Assembly (NCBI GenBank): GCA_015655215.1
Contig: JAATFL010000038.1
Span: 2,157 to 66,156, forward strand
Direction of reading: 5' to 3'
DNA: 64,000 nucleotides
Origin: Coriobacteriia bacterium
Lineage (GTDB): Bacteria > Actinomycetota > Coriobacteriia > Coriobacteriales > RUG033
Part shown: in pieces, positions 1 through 9,553 of the stretch
How positions within the stretch are numbered: the first letter of the stretch is position 1
Layout of the letters: every line of letters begins with the position of its first letter
Notes under the pieces: model-generated
Databases searched by the model: none
What the model was told of the DNA's origin: nothing
Seen by the model: only the letters and a program-made list of their open reading frames with translations
Position numbers and translations under genes: made by a program

Positions 1-581
1 ATGTCCTCGCCATGGGTACGCATCACACCTTTGGGCAACCCCGTGCTACCCCCCGTGAACTGTATGCGGGAGAGGGCGGTGGCATCTCGGAAGAGTGTTG
101 GCTCCAACGCCGCCGAATCCCCGATGACATCGGAGAAGAGATGCACCCACTCGGTCTGATTGTACTCATCCGCTGGCGCGAAACCGTCGACTTCGATGAA
201 TATCCCCGTATCAGCCATCTCGCCGTGCACCGCCGATATCCTATCGAGGAAACGCGAGTCGAAGAGAAGCATCTTCGATCCGCTCGCATGTACCAGACGG
301 GCTATCTCACACGGTATCAGACGGAAGTTCAGGGCAACCGCCACCGCACCGATCTTCTGGATGGCATAGTAGATCTCGATGAGTTCTGGACGGTTCGGAA
401 GCATGTAGGCGATCTTGTCACCAGGCCTGATGCCAAAGCCCTGCAACATGCGGACGATCCGATTGACACGATCGTTGAACTCACGGTACGTGAGGCGCTC
501 GGTCCCATAGACCATGGCGGTCTTGTCGGGATAGCGCCGCACGTTGAGCAGAAGGAGTTCCGCAACGTTCGCATAAAACAT
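1..581 (-). CDS. AMP-dependent acyl-CoA synthetase/ligase, N-terminal part (continues past left edge)
   Basis: Absent from the ORF track because it runs off the window. Reverse-strand translation from ATG 581-579 reads MFYANVAELLLLNVRRYPDKTAMVYGTERLTYREFNDRVNRIVRMLQGFGIRPGDKIAYMLPNRPELIEIYYAIQKIGAVAVALNFRL...RIQFTGGSTGLPKGVMRTHGED with no stop down to position 1. The TGGSTGLPKG AMP-binding loop is present. Plus-strand ORF 12..638 is its shadow. Confidence 0.85.
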   Translation of the reverse strand, partial: MFYANVAELLLLNVRRYPDKTAMVYGTERLTYREFNDRVNRIVRMLQGFGIRPGDKIAYMLPNRPELIEIYYAIQKIGAVAVALNFRLIPCEIARLVHASGSKMLLFDSRFLDRISAVHGEMADTGIFIEVDGFAPADEYNQTEWVHLFSDVIGDSAALEPTLFRDATALSRIQFTGGSTGLPKGVMRTHGED

Positions 582-589
582 GTCATCGC

Positions 590-1348
590 CTACTTACCGA
601 GGAATCTTGCGAGCATCTCCCTGTATTCAACCGTTTGAGTGCAAAACGGCGAGGCAGTCGATTCAGCTTCCATGACCATATCGAGGACGGGGTCGGCAGA
701 ACTGTTCATGATGCCCTTGGTGATACGCACCGACATCGCCGGAGCGAGAGAGATGCTCCTCGCCAGCGCGAACGTCTCCTCCTCCAACGCCTCCGGTTCG
801 CAGATCCGGTTGGCAAGACCCATGTCATATACCTGCTGTGCACTCAGCTCCCCTCCGAGGAAGAGCAGCTCCTTGGCACGTTGCGCACCGACGAGGTCGG
901 GCAGGAACTTCATCATCCCCATCTCGGGGATGATCCCGATCTTGCAGAACATCGTGATGAACCGGGCACGGTTCGAGACGCACACGAGGTCCGAGGCAAG
1001 CACCAGGCTGAACGCACCGCCGATCGCGAACCCATCGACCATCGCGACCACTGGCTTCGCGATCCCCCGCAACGTCCTCACGGCGCGGAGATAGCGCTTG
1101 AGGGTGTTGCGCGAATCCTCCATGGTCGAGGACCCTCCCTGATCGAGGTCCCCCCCGCTCGAGAAGACGTCACCGGCCCCACGGAGGACGATGACCCGCA
1201 CATCACCTTCCGCATCGAGGTCGACCAGGGACCGGTCGAGCATATCCATCATCCTCGCGGAGATGGCATTCCTCTTCTTCGGTTGGTTGAGGACGATGGA
1301 GGCGATGCCGTCTCCATGGCGCTCAACATATACGACATCGTGATCCAT
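590..1348 (-). CDS. enoyl-CoA hydratase/isomerase (crotonase) family protein
   Basis: Reads MDHDVVYVERHGDGIASIVLNQPKKRNAIS...VIVLRGAGDVFSSGGDL...FAIGGAFSLVLASDL, a typical crotonase fold signature. The start was moved from 1414 to ATG 1348, which has GAGGGAG 6 nt upstream. Confidence 0.85.
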   Translation of the reverse strand: MDHDVVYVERHGDGIASIVLNQPKKRNAISARMMDMLDRSLVDLDAEGDVRVIVLRGAGDVFSSGGDLDQGGSSTMEDSRNTLKRYLRAVRTLRGIAKPVVAMVDGFAIGGAFSLVLASDLVCVSNRARFITMFCKIGIIPEMGMMKFLPDLVGAQRAKELLFLGGELSAQQVYDMGLANRICEPEALEEETFALARSISLAPAMSVRITKGIMNSSADPVLDMVMEAESTASPFCTQTVEYREMLARFLGK

Positions 1349-1410
1349 GGCGTGCTCCCTCTCCATGGCCCACCCCGCACCACGGGGGTGCCAAGATGGG
1401 CATCGTTTTG

Positions 1411-3489
1411 TCACTTGATGGCACAGGCGGCCCGATACCCTGTCTTCGTGGCGTCGGCTATGCGATGCGGATCTGCGCAGTCGCCCACCGAGAACACCTG
1501 ACGGCCCGCCACCCGTATCGAGTCATACAACTCCGTGTTCGATTGAAGCCCCAGCGTCACGATGATGGTGTCCGCCTCGGCCACGATCTCATGGCCCTCG
1601 GCGTCCACGGCCCTGACACCGGTGTCGGTGAACTCCGTGATCGCGGTGAGGGGGTGCAGGTCGACCATCGGGGACTTCTTGAAGCTACTCGTCATGTAGA
1701 AACGATCGGATCCGCCGACGTCGTACCCGATCTTCTTTTGTTCCTCGAATATATCGAGCTTCCGGCCGTTCTCCATGAGGAGCATCCCGAGTTCGCATCC
1801 AGGCAGACCACCACCGATGATGGCGACCCGCTTTCCAAGGGGCCAGTGCATCTTCGCCGTCGCGGTTCGCGCGAAGGCAGGTGTGTAGTAGTGCTTGAGA
1901 AACCACGATCCACCACCCCACATGAAGCGATTGAAGACACCCTTCTTCTGAGGTGCATGCCCGTTGAGCATGTCGAGGAAATCGTGCGATGTCACCACGT
2001 TCCTGCCGTCGTTGCCCGACACATCGGCATCGATGGCGTTGCCTCCGACAGCCACGATCACAGCATCAGGATCCTTCTCCTCGACAAGCTCGGGGGTCAT
2101 ATACGTGTTGAGGACGACCTTGATCTCAGGGTGCTTCCGCAGTGCGACCGTATAGTAACCAAGCAGTCTCTCGTGAAGCGGGCTGAAGATCGAACTCATC
2201 TTCACACAACCGCCGATTCGCGGCCCCTGCTCGTAGATGGTGACGTCGCACCCCCGTTCCCGTGCCGCGAATGCCGCGCAGAGACCACCAGGGCCGGAAC
2301 CAATGACCATGACCTTGCGCTTGCCGGACACCACAGGGGTGGACGGCACATCGATCTCGGGCCCCAGACGTGGGTTGACACCACAGTATTCGAGGGGCTT
2401 TCCTTCGCTCACCACATCATCGATGCAGCGACAGCAGCAGATGCATCCACGGATATCCTCGGGTCGATCATCCATGACCTTACGAGGGAACTCCGGGTCG
2501 GCGATGCTGTAGCGCAGCCCGGCGATCATATCGGCCTTGTGGGACTCGAGTATCTGCTCCATGACCTTCGGGTCGGTCTCACGGTACCCGGTGGCGACAG
2601 GTTTCCTCGCGGCCGTCTTGATCTTCTCGGCGATGTAGGCCCAATGCCCGTCCTCGATCACCTTGGTCGTGAGGGGGACGCTGGACTCGTGCCAGCCAAC
2701 TGCCAGGTTATGCAGGTCGATGCCAGCGTCCTCCAGGTAGGGGACAACCTCAAGCGAGTCCTCCAGCGTCTGCCCTTTACCGTTGGGACTCTCGACGAAC
2801 TCGATTGGGGACCACCGCACCACTATCGGATAGTCTGGGCCAACCGCCGTGCTAATCATCGTGATGACCTCGACGGTAAGGCGGACACGGTTCTCCAGCG
2901 ACCCACCGTACCGATCGGTCCGGTTGTTCGTGGCACGTGACAGGAACCGGTTCAAGATACCCCCGACACCCGCCATGACCTCAACACCATCGAAACCCGC
3001 CTCCTTCATGACGACGGCGCAGTTGACGAACTGCTTCTTGAAGATATCGATCTGCTCAAGGTCCATAGCCTTGAATCCGCCCATGAACTTGAGGATCGCG
3101 ATATCCGAGGGACCCCACGGGCTTTCATCCTCGTCGGTCTTCGACTTCCAGTCGTGTACGAAATACGGCTGTCCGACGATCAGACCCCCGTGCCTATGCA
3201 CGACATCTGCCATGCGCTTGAGGCCGGGGACGCTCTCCTCGCCATAGCAACCGGGCAAGGGGGAGATGCCCGGATGTTCCACGGTACGCTTGAACGGCGC
3301 GAGCGTCTGGCAGATCATTCCCGTCTGTCCCGCCGCCTGCGCCTCCAGGTAGTTTATGAATCGGTCCGTCGGAGCGTTGTCGACCACGTAACCAACACCC
3401 GGTGACATCGACGTCGTCAACATCCTGTTCTTCACCATGACCCCGTTTATCCTGATGGGAGAACTCAGCACGGGAAACTTCGCACCCAT
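1411..3489 (-). CDS. NADH:flavin oxidoreductase of the Old-Yellow-Enzyme / 2,4-dienoyl-CoA reductase (FadH/BaiCD/BaiH-like) type
   Basis: 692 aa. N-terminal OYE TIM-barrel region, Cys cluster RGCICCCRCIDD, then two Rossmann motifs (VMVIGSGPGGLCAAFAARERG, VAIIGGGLPGCELG). AAGGAGG lies upstream of the ATG. Confidence 0.85.
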   Translation of the reverse strand: MGAKFPVLSSPIRINGVMVKNRMLTTSMSPGVGYVVDNAPTDRFINYLEAQAAGQTGMICQTLAPFKRTVEHPGISPLPGCYGEESVPGLKRMADVVHRHGGLIVGQPYFVHDWKSKTDEDESPWGPSDIAILKFMGGFKAMDLEQIDIFKKQFVNCAVVMKEAGFDGVEVMAGVGGILNRFLSRATNNRTDRYGGSLENRVRLTVEVITMISTAVGPDYPIVVRWSPIEFVESPNGKGQTLEDSLEVVPYLEDAGIDLHNLAVGWHESSVPLTTKVIEDGHWAYIAEKIKTAARKPVATGYRETDPKVMEQILESHKADMIAGLRYSIADPEFPRKVMDDRPEDIRGCICCCRCIDDVVSEGKPLEYCGVNPRLGPEIDVPSTPVVSGKRKVMVIGSGPGGLCAAFAARERGCDVTIYEQGPRIGGCVKMSSIFSPLHERLLGYYTVALRKHPEIKVVLNTYMTPELVEEKDPDAVIVAVGGNAIDADVSGNDGRNVVTSHDFLDMLNGHAPQKKGVFNRFMWGGGSWFLKHYYTPAFARTATAKMHWPLGKRVAIIGGGLPGCELGMLLMENGRKLDIFEEQKKIGYDVGGSDRFYMTSSFKKSPMVDLHPLTAITEFTDTGVRAVDAEGHEIVAEADTIIVTLGLQSNTELYDSIRVAGRQVFSVGDCADPHRIADATKTGYRAACAIK

Positions 3490-3507
3490 TGGTACCTCCT
3501 TGATCGT

Positions 3508-3792
3508 TTACCCCTGTCGGAATTCGACGCCCATACCGCCACGTGGATAGCTCCAAGACCGCACGACCCCACCGAGGCCAACGACGAGGCAGGTACCGCA
3601 TTCCAGACAGCCTGCATAGTCGAAGGTCAGCCTCCCCGTGCCATCGAGTCTGTAGAGCCCGGCGGGGCAGAGCTTCACCAATCGCTCGATCTCAGATGGG
3701 CTGGCGTCGGCATCGACGCAGATGTGCTCGTGACCCTCGTCGACATGGAACTTATCGACCGCCAACTTCTCATCGATGGTCATGTCCTCCAT
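3508..3792 (-). CDS. fixX: FixX-type ferredoxin-like protein
   Basis: MEDMTIDEKLAVDKFHVDEGHEHI...LCPAGLYRLDGTGRLTFDYAGCLECGTCLV...YPRGGMGVEFRQG closely parallels E. coli FixX. The start overlaps the fixC stop (TGATG). ATG 3783 is an alternative start. Confidence 0.8.
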   Translation of the reverse strand: MEDMTIDEKLAVDKFHVDEGHEHICVDADASPSEIERLVKLCPAGLYRLDGTGRLTFDYAGCLECGTCLVVGLGGVVRSWSYPRGGMGVEFRQG

Positions 3793-5114
3793 CACAAAGC
3801 CCCCATCCCATGTTTTACATCCATGGCTAGGTTCCAAAGACCCACCTTGCCGATGGCACCCTTGACCTTCGTCTTGAGCCTGACGGGGTCGCTCCCGTCC
3901 ACGGTGAACATGCCCATCATGATCTCCTCGACCATCTCGGGATACGAGGTGAACATGTTCCGGGTCCCCTCCATGAAGGAGGGGAACTTCCGGTAGAACC
4001 GCATGTCCTTCAAGATGAAGCTGCCCTCGAGTCTGGAGCGGTAGGAGGCAAGCGAGGCGGCCGAGAAATCACCTGCCCTCTTCGCGTCGCATACGGTCTC
4101 CGCGGCCAGGCGGCCCGACTCTATCGCAAGGTCCATGCCCCGCACGGCGTAACCGACGTTGATCCCGAACCCTGCGGAGTCGCCCAGCAACAGCACGCCG
4201 TCGTCCAACAGTTTGGGCAGGGCGTCAAAACCACCTTCGAGTATGAGACGCCCCGTGTATTCGATGACCTTCCCACCTTCGAGCAGCGGGGCGACGAGCG
4301 GATGGCCCTCCAGACGCCGAAGCATCTCGGGGACCGTGGTCGCGCTGTGGTCAACGTCGCCGATGGTGGTGACCACGCCCAGGGAGACGCTGTCTTCGTT
4401 CGTATAGAGGAAACCACCGCCGATATGCCCGTCCGTGACGTACCCGTCGAACATCCAGGCACATCCCTCACCCGATGCAAGGCCGAAGCGGTCCGTCACA
4501 GTCCTCTCGTCGAGGGAGATGACTTCCTTGGCACCCACGGCGGTCGCCTGCGGGGTCGGCGCAGGACGCATGCCTATCCTTTGGGCCAGCAGCGAGACCG
4601 CACCGTCGGCGAGGAGGACGACGTCTGCCTCCATCTCATCCTCGCCCGCGATGACTCCGCAGACCTTCCCTTCCCTCACGATGAGGTCATCGACGCAGAT
4701 GTCATAGATGAACATCGCGCCATTGCTCTCAGCCTGCTCGGCATACCAGGAATCGAACTTGCTCCGCAGCACCGTGTACGAGGCACGGCTCGGGTCCTTG
4801 AGGCTCTCGCTCGTGAAATCGATGGTGAAGCCGCTGTCCTCGGTAAGCAGCGATATCCTCTCCTTACTGACCCGACGTTCCACTGGGGCCCGTTCGGCGA
4901 AACCAGGTATCACCTTCTCGAGGCTGTGGCCGTAGAGCCTTCCACCCGTCATGTTCTTCGATCCGGCAAAGCTGCCACGTTCTATGACGACGACCTCAAG
5001 CCCCTTCTCCGCCAACAGATAGGCCGCGGTGCAGCCGGCCAGGCCGGCACCGACGATGATCGCATCGAATCTCTCGGTATCTTCGCTCACCTCTGACTTC
5101 CCTTCCTGACCCAT
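3792..5114 (-). CDS. fixC: FixC-type FAD-dependent oxidoreductase (ETF-quinone oxidoreductase-like)
   Basis: ERFDAIIVGAGLAGCTAAYLLAEKGLEVVVIERG dinucleotide motif and FixC-like sequence throughout. Start trimmed to ATG 5114, preceded by GAGGAG. Confidence 0.85.
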   Translation of the reverse strand: MGQEGKSEVSEDTERFDAIIVGAGLAGCTAAYLLAEKGLEVVVIERGSFAGSKNMTGGRLYGHSLEKVIPGFAERAPVERRVSKERISLLTEDSGFTIDFTSESLKDPSRASYTVLRSKFDSWYAEQAESNGAMFIYDICVDDLIVREGKVCGVIAGEDEMEADVVLLADGAVSLLAQRIGMRPAPTPQATAVGAKEVISLDERTVTDRFGLASGEGCAWMFDGYVTDGHIGGGFLYTNEDSVSLGVVTTIGDVDHSATTVPEMLRRLEGHPLVAPLLEGGKVIEYTGRLILEGGFDALPKLLDDGVLLLGDSAGFGINVGYAVRGMDLAIESGRLAAETVCDAKRAGDFSAASLASYRSRLEGSFILKDMRFYRKFPSFMEGTRNMFTSYPEMVEEIMMGMFTVDGSDPVRLKTKVKGAIGKVGLWNLAMDVKHGMGAL

Positions 5115-5195
5115 CCGTCTCCTCAAGACCAGACAGCAAAACGCGTGCCAAGGCGCAACCGAGCCTGGACGCGACATCGCGCCACCGACAGCTCC

Positions 5196-6452
5196 CTACT
5201 CGGCCCTCCAACTCCTCTTTGCGATCTTCAACATGATCGGAATCAAGATCGCGCACAGCAGATAGATGCCGATTACGAGCATGAAGCACATGTCATAGGA
5301 TCCCGTGCGATCGTAGATCTGCGCATAAACCATGAACGAGACGGCGGTGAAGAGGAATATCGAGGTCGAAACCCATGAATAGATCTGTGGATAGTTGCGA
5401 ATGCCAAAGCTTTCGCGAGCGAGCATCGGATTGATCACGGTAAGCGCCGCATACCCAAATCCAAAGATCGCCATGCCTACATAGAAAAGGGCCACGTTGC
5501 TTCCGGCAATGAAGGCGAGAAAGATGCCCAAGGCACCGCACAGCATGGCCGTCACACCGGTACCCGTCATCCCGACATGATCGCAAAGCCAGCCGAGGAC
5601 GAACTTCGCAGCCGTGCCCCCGATCATGACGATCGTCACAGCGAGGGCACCGGCGGCGGCTCCAAGCGATCCCATCGATGCGAATGCGGGAATCTGCTGG
5701 AAGAAGGCCGCAGCCATGACGATGAGCCCGGAGATGAGTATGAGTATGTAGAGAGCGGGGGACCTCATCGCCTGCCGCAGCGTTGCCCCCGCTTCCTCTC
5801 CTTGCGGTTCGTCGACCCCCGAAGCCGATTGCTCGTCCGTGCCATACGGGAGCAAGCCCATCGACTCGGGGTTCTTACGCGTGAAGACCACCGTAAGGAC
5901 CAGTGAGAGGACGGTCATTACACTCGACATGATGAGACGGGCCACCTGCCAACCATAGGCGACGATGAGCATGTTGCCGACGGGGCTCGCGATGGCCGCC
6001 GTGATGGACAGGGCCGCAGCGGATAGACCGAGGACAAGCCCCGTATCCCTTTTAAACCACGAGTTCACCAACGTGGGGACAGCCAGGTACATGAAGAATG
6101 CGGAGGAGATGCCGTACGCGACTCCATAGACGTTCCATATCCACAACAGGTCGCCGAAGGAACTCCAGATCGAAGTGACACCGAAAAGAGCGACGGCGAA
6201 GGTGAGCAGCCAACGAGGATCGTACTTGGCCATCAACCTGCCGGCGATTGGCGTGAAGATGGCAGCCACGAGAGGCTGAATGGTCCGATACATCAACGCA
6301 TCGGTTTGAGACCAGCCATACGCCTGCATGACCGGTGCGACGAAGATGCCCGCGGTGTTGCCGATGATTCCAATGGGCAGTGCGTAGAAACCTATGCAGG
6401 CGATGAGGATGAACCATGCATAGTGGATCTTGCGTGCGGGAGTGGTACCCAT
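5196..6452 (-). CDS. MFS transporter
   Basis: 418 aa, about 12 hydrophobic helices, AAAGGAGAG RBS. Roughly 60-65% identical by eye to the MFS at 9554-10813. Confidence 0.8.
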   Translation of the reverse strand: MGTTPARKIHYAWFILIACIGFYALPIGIIGNTAGIFVAPVMQAYGWSQTDALMYRTIQPLVAAIFTPIAGRLMAKYDPRWLLTFAVALFGVTSIWSSFGDLLWIWNVYGVAYGISSAFFMYLAVPTLVNSWFKRDTGLVLGLSAAALSITAAIASPVGNMLIVAYGWQVARLIMSSVMTVLSLVLTVVFTRKNPESMGLLPYGTDEQSASGVDEPQGEEAGATLRQAMRSPALYILILISGLIVMAAAFFQQIPAFASMGSLGAAAGALAVTIVMIGGTAAKFVLGWLCDHVGMTGTGVTAMLCGALGIFLAFIAGSNVALFYVGMAIFGFGYAALTVINPMLARESFGIRNYPQIYSWVSTSIFLFTAVSFMVYAQIYDRTGSYDMCFMLVIGIYLLCAILIPIMLKIAKRSWRAE

Positions 6453-6683
6453 CTTCTCTCCTTTGATCTCATGTCAGAGATAGCCCTACCCGGTCAGATT
6501 TTGCGTATCGCCCACCCGGCCCTGCCATCGAGAGCACCGGGAACCTGCATGTGCGGACGGCTATCCGGACATGCGGTCATGGTTCTTCCGGTGCGTGGAT
6601 CGGTCCCGGGTGACCAGATATCCTACGTGTACGCATGGCGATATGCGCAAGCGGGAGGGGAAGGGCAATCGGTCTCGAAGATC

Positions 6684-7901
6684 CTATTGGCCGGCTTTCA
6701 AGACACCCTTCTCATAGAGTTCATCGATGCTCGCCTCGTCATAGCCGAGGTCATCCAGGATGTCGCGCGTATCGTAGTCATACGGCTCACCGCCCCTGAT
6801 GAGCTCGGAGGGACGGTTCTTGAACTTGGGGAGCATGCCGATCCCCCTGACCCGCTTGCCGGCAAGCGGGTCATCCCACTCGACGACGTCCTGACGGGCT
6901 TGCCAATGGGAATTCTCCAGGATCCTGTCGTACGTCATGATGGGGCTGCATGCGACGCCCATCTGGCTCATGACGCCATCAACTTCCTCGATCGTGTGGG
7001 CTGCACACCAGGGTTCAAGCTTCTCGTTGAACTTGCGCGCACGTTCCGGATGATCGCGGGTGATGGACTGGTAGACGCCCTCGAAGTCCGGGTCGTCCTG
7101 AAGACCGAAGAACTCGACCATCTTCTTCACGGGCCCGAAGCCTCCTACCGAGATCCAAATCCATCCATCCTTACAGCGCTGACTGCCCTTGCAAGCACCC
7201 ACAAGGTCGAGGTTCCCGATGCGCGGAGGCTGGACGCCCCGATTGAGACCATCTGCCATCGTCGCCCCCTGGATACGGGCCATCGACTCGAACTGAGACA
7301 CGTCGATGCTCTCGCCGACCCCGCTCTCCCGTGCTCCGATGACCGCGGCGAGCGCTGCCCACGCCCCCATGAGGCCGGTTATGAAATCTGCCGTGAACGG
7401 TTTGACCCCATAGGGTGGATCGGGCTCGGGCATACCGTTGACGGCCATGAACCCCGAGAACGCCTGACCGATGCTGTCGAACGATGCGCGGCGAACGTAC
7501 TTGGGGTCGCCATTCTGTCCAAATCCTGATATATGCACGATGACGAGTTTGGGGTTGGCCCTCCAAAGCACCTCGTCGGTCAGTCCCCATTTCTCCCAGG
7601 TACCGCCTTTGGACACTTCCACGAGGAGGTCGCCCCATCTGCAAAGGTCGAAGAGAACCTCATGTCCTTCGGAAGTCGGGATGTTGAGCGTCATGAAACG
7701 CTGGTTACGGCGATCGACGGAAAAAGCGTCGGGCGCGTACATGCGGTACATATCGGGCACGCGTGTGCTCTCGACCTCGATGACGTCGGCACCTTGCTCC
7801 GCGAGCAGCTCGCAGAGAAACGGTCCGGCTATGACCGAACCGGCATTCACAACCTTCAGGTTCGAGAGGTTCCCGATCACAGGACGTTCGCTCGATTTCA
7901 T
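6684..7901 (-). CDS. type III CoA-transferase (CaiB/BaiF family)
   Basis: LKVVNAGSVIAGPFLCELLAEQGADVIEVES N-terminal signature of family III CoA-transferases. 405 aa. GGAAAGGGAG RBS. Confidence 0.85.
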   Translation of the reverse strand: MKSSERPVIGNLSNLKVVNAGSVIAGPFLCELLAEQGADVIEVESTRVPDMYRMYAPDAFSVDRRNQRFMTLNIPTSEGHEVLFDLCRWGDLLVEVSKGGTWEKWGLTDEVLWRANPKLVIVHISGFGQNGDPKYVRRASFDSIGQAFSGFMAVNGMPEPDPPYGVKPFTADFITGLMGAWAALAAVIGARESGVGESIDVSQFESMARIQGATMADGLNRGVQPPRIGNLDLVGACKGSQRCKDGWIWISVGGFGPVKKMVEFFGLQDDPDFEGVYQSITRDHPERARKFNEKLEPWCAAHTIEEVDGVMSQMGVACSPIMTYDRILENSHWQARQDVVEWDDPLAGKRVRGIGMLPKFKNRPSELIRGGEPYDYDTRDILDDLGYDEASIDELYEKGVLKAGQ

Positions 7902-8047
7902 GGCAACTCCCTTTCCGTGTCCATCGGCATCTCATATGCGGTCTTCCATCGTTGGGCGCCCGAACGTGGCTGCCCGTTCACCTACCCGTTCATCAGCAAA
8001 AACCGTGCCACACGGAAGCCCGCACCATCACGGGACCACAGCAGTGC

Positions 8048-9361
8048 CTAGGCTCCCATCTCGAAATACTCGTGCTTGCTCAGCTTTCCCTCGGCATACA
8101 TTCTCTGGATCACCTCAGGGGGAACACCGATCTCCCCCAGTACGTCCTCGTTGTCCATGCCGATGTCAGGGGCACCACGCCATATCTGACCTGGGTAGTT
8201 CTTGAGCTCGGGGACGATCTTCACTCCCGATACCTTTGTCTTCCCATCGACGGCCATCCAGTCGACGAATACCTTGCGGGCTTGGTAGTGCGGGTTCTTG
8301 ACCGCATCGGCATATGTCATCACACGCGAGCACGGAACGCCGTTGCTGGCGAATATCTCCTCCACTTCCATGGCCGATCTCGTCCCTATGAACTCCGCGA
8401 ACGCTCTCTCGGCCGCATCAGCCGCCGGGGTACCGAGAGGGATGAGGGAGGAACCATCTGGGAACAGGTCGGTCCCGTATTCAAGACCGATGATCCCAAG
8501 ACCACGGCGCACGGCGCCCGATCCGAGGAACAGGATGTAGATCTCCTCCCCATCCCCACACCCGTATGTCCCATAGATCGCACAGATGCGGCTATGCGTG
8601 CCCTCCTTCACATAGTCGACACCATAGCGGAGAAAATCGGTGGGATAGTTCGATTGGGTACGGATCATCGTCTCGAATTGCGCGACATCGATGCTCTCGC
8701 CCTTTCCGGTCTTCGCGCATTTGAGCAATGCGGCGCACGACACCCCGAATCCGTAGAACGCCGAGGTGTAGTCGGCCGGGAAGCACATCGCCGGAACCGA
8801 GGGTTGCTCCGGCAATCCATTCATATGCATCGTGCAACCGAAAGCCTGGGCGATGGGGTCGAAGCTTGCCCGATTCACGTATTCGGGCACCCCGGTTTGC
8901 CCAAACCCGGAGATATGGACGATGACCAACCGGGGATTGTGCTCCCATAGGAGCTCGTCCGTGAGGCCGATCCTCTCGTAGCGGCCACCGACCGACGCCT
9001 CTAAGAGTACGTCCGTCCTCTCGATCAATTTGAGGAAGGCCTCGTAGCCCTCGTCTCTCATGTAGTTCATCGCCAAGCTGCGCATATTGCGCCTATCCTG
9101 CTGCCAGGCACCGCTATGAACGGAATTCCTCACAGAATCGACCACCGAGGGGTTCTCCACCCAGATGACGTCGGCACCGTTTTCCGCATACAGCTCTCCT
9201 GCGAAAGGCGCAGCGACGGAAAGGCCTACCATGACCACGCGATACCCAGCCAAGAGTCCGAATACCGGTTCCTCCGATTGCTTCAAGCCAGTCACCCTCC
9301 CCATGCACATGGACAGATGGTCATGACATCGCATGGGATGTCCCATCGGTCCCACAAGCAA
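8048..9361 (-). CDS. type III CoA-transferase (CaiB/BaiF family), paralogue
   Basis: YRVVMVGLSVAAPFAGELYAENGADVIWVENP signature. The start is uncertain (9304-9361). Confidence 0.8.
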   Translation of the reverse strand: MLVGPMGHPMRCHDHLSMCMGRVTGLKQSEEPVFGLLAGYRVVMVGLSVAAPFAGELYAENGADVIWVENPSVVDSVRNSVHSGAWQQDRRNMRSLAMNYMRDEGYEAFLKLIERTDVLLEASVGGRYERIGLTDELLWEHNPRLVIVHISGFGQTGVPEYVNRASFDPIAQAFGCTMHMNGLPEQPSVPAMCFPADYTSAFYGFGVSCAALLKCAKTGKGESIDVAQFETMIRTQSNYPTDFLRYGVDYVKEGTHSRICAIYGTYGCGDGEEIYILFLGSGAVRRGLGIIGLEYGTDLFPDGSSLIPLGTPAADAAERAFAEFIGTRSAMEVEEIFASNGVPCSRVMTYADAVKNPHYQARKVFVDWMAVDGKTKVSGVKIVPELKNYPGQIWRGAPDIGMDNEDVLGEIGVPPEVIQRMYAEGKLSKHEYFEMGA

Positions 9362-9553
9362 GAAACGTGCCCGAACCGGGTCCGCCCCCGGTCGCGTTCA
9401 AGACCATGCGGTGGCGCACCACGATAGGCGGGACATCGCAGCGTGGAAGAAGAAGACGACGGACCCCCGCAGAAGAGACCGTCGGAGACCCGCCGTCAGC
9501 GGTTTCAAACCACGTTCTTCAGTGCGGATGCGTCCTCTGCCTCAGGAGCCACC

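Noticed and set aside
12-638. 208-aa plus-strand ORF at the left edge
   Set aside because: Its translation has no recognisable family features. The opposite strand in the same interval reads as a clean AMP-binding acyl-CoA ligase N-terminus (TGGSTGLPKG). It is a shadow ORF.
1396-2940. 514-aa plus-strand ORF, and similar long antisense ORFs (6306-7529, 42335-43507, 47515-48654, 53941-54720, 54831-56222, 59710-60807, 60675-62390)
   Set aside because: All lie antisense to CDSs with strong family signatures. Their translations are Arg/Gly/His/Asp-rich low-information sequence, typical of stop-poor frames in high-GC DNA.
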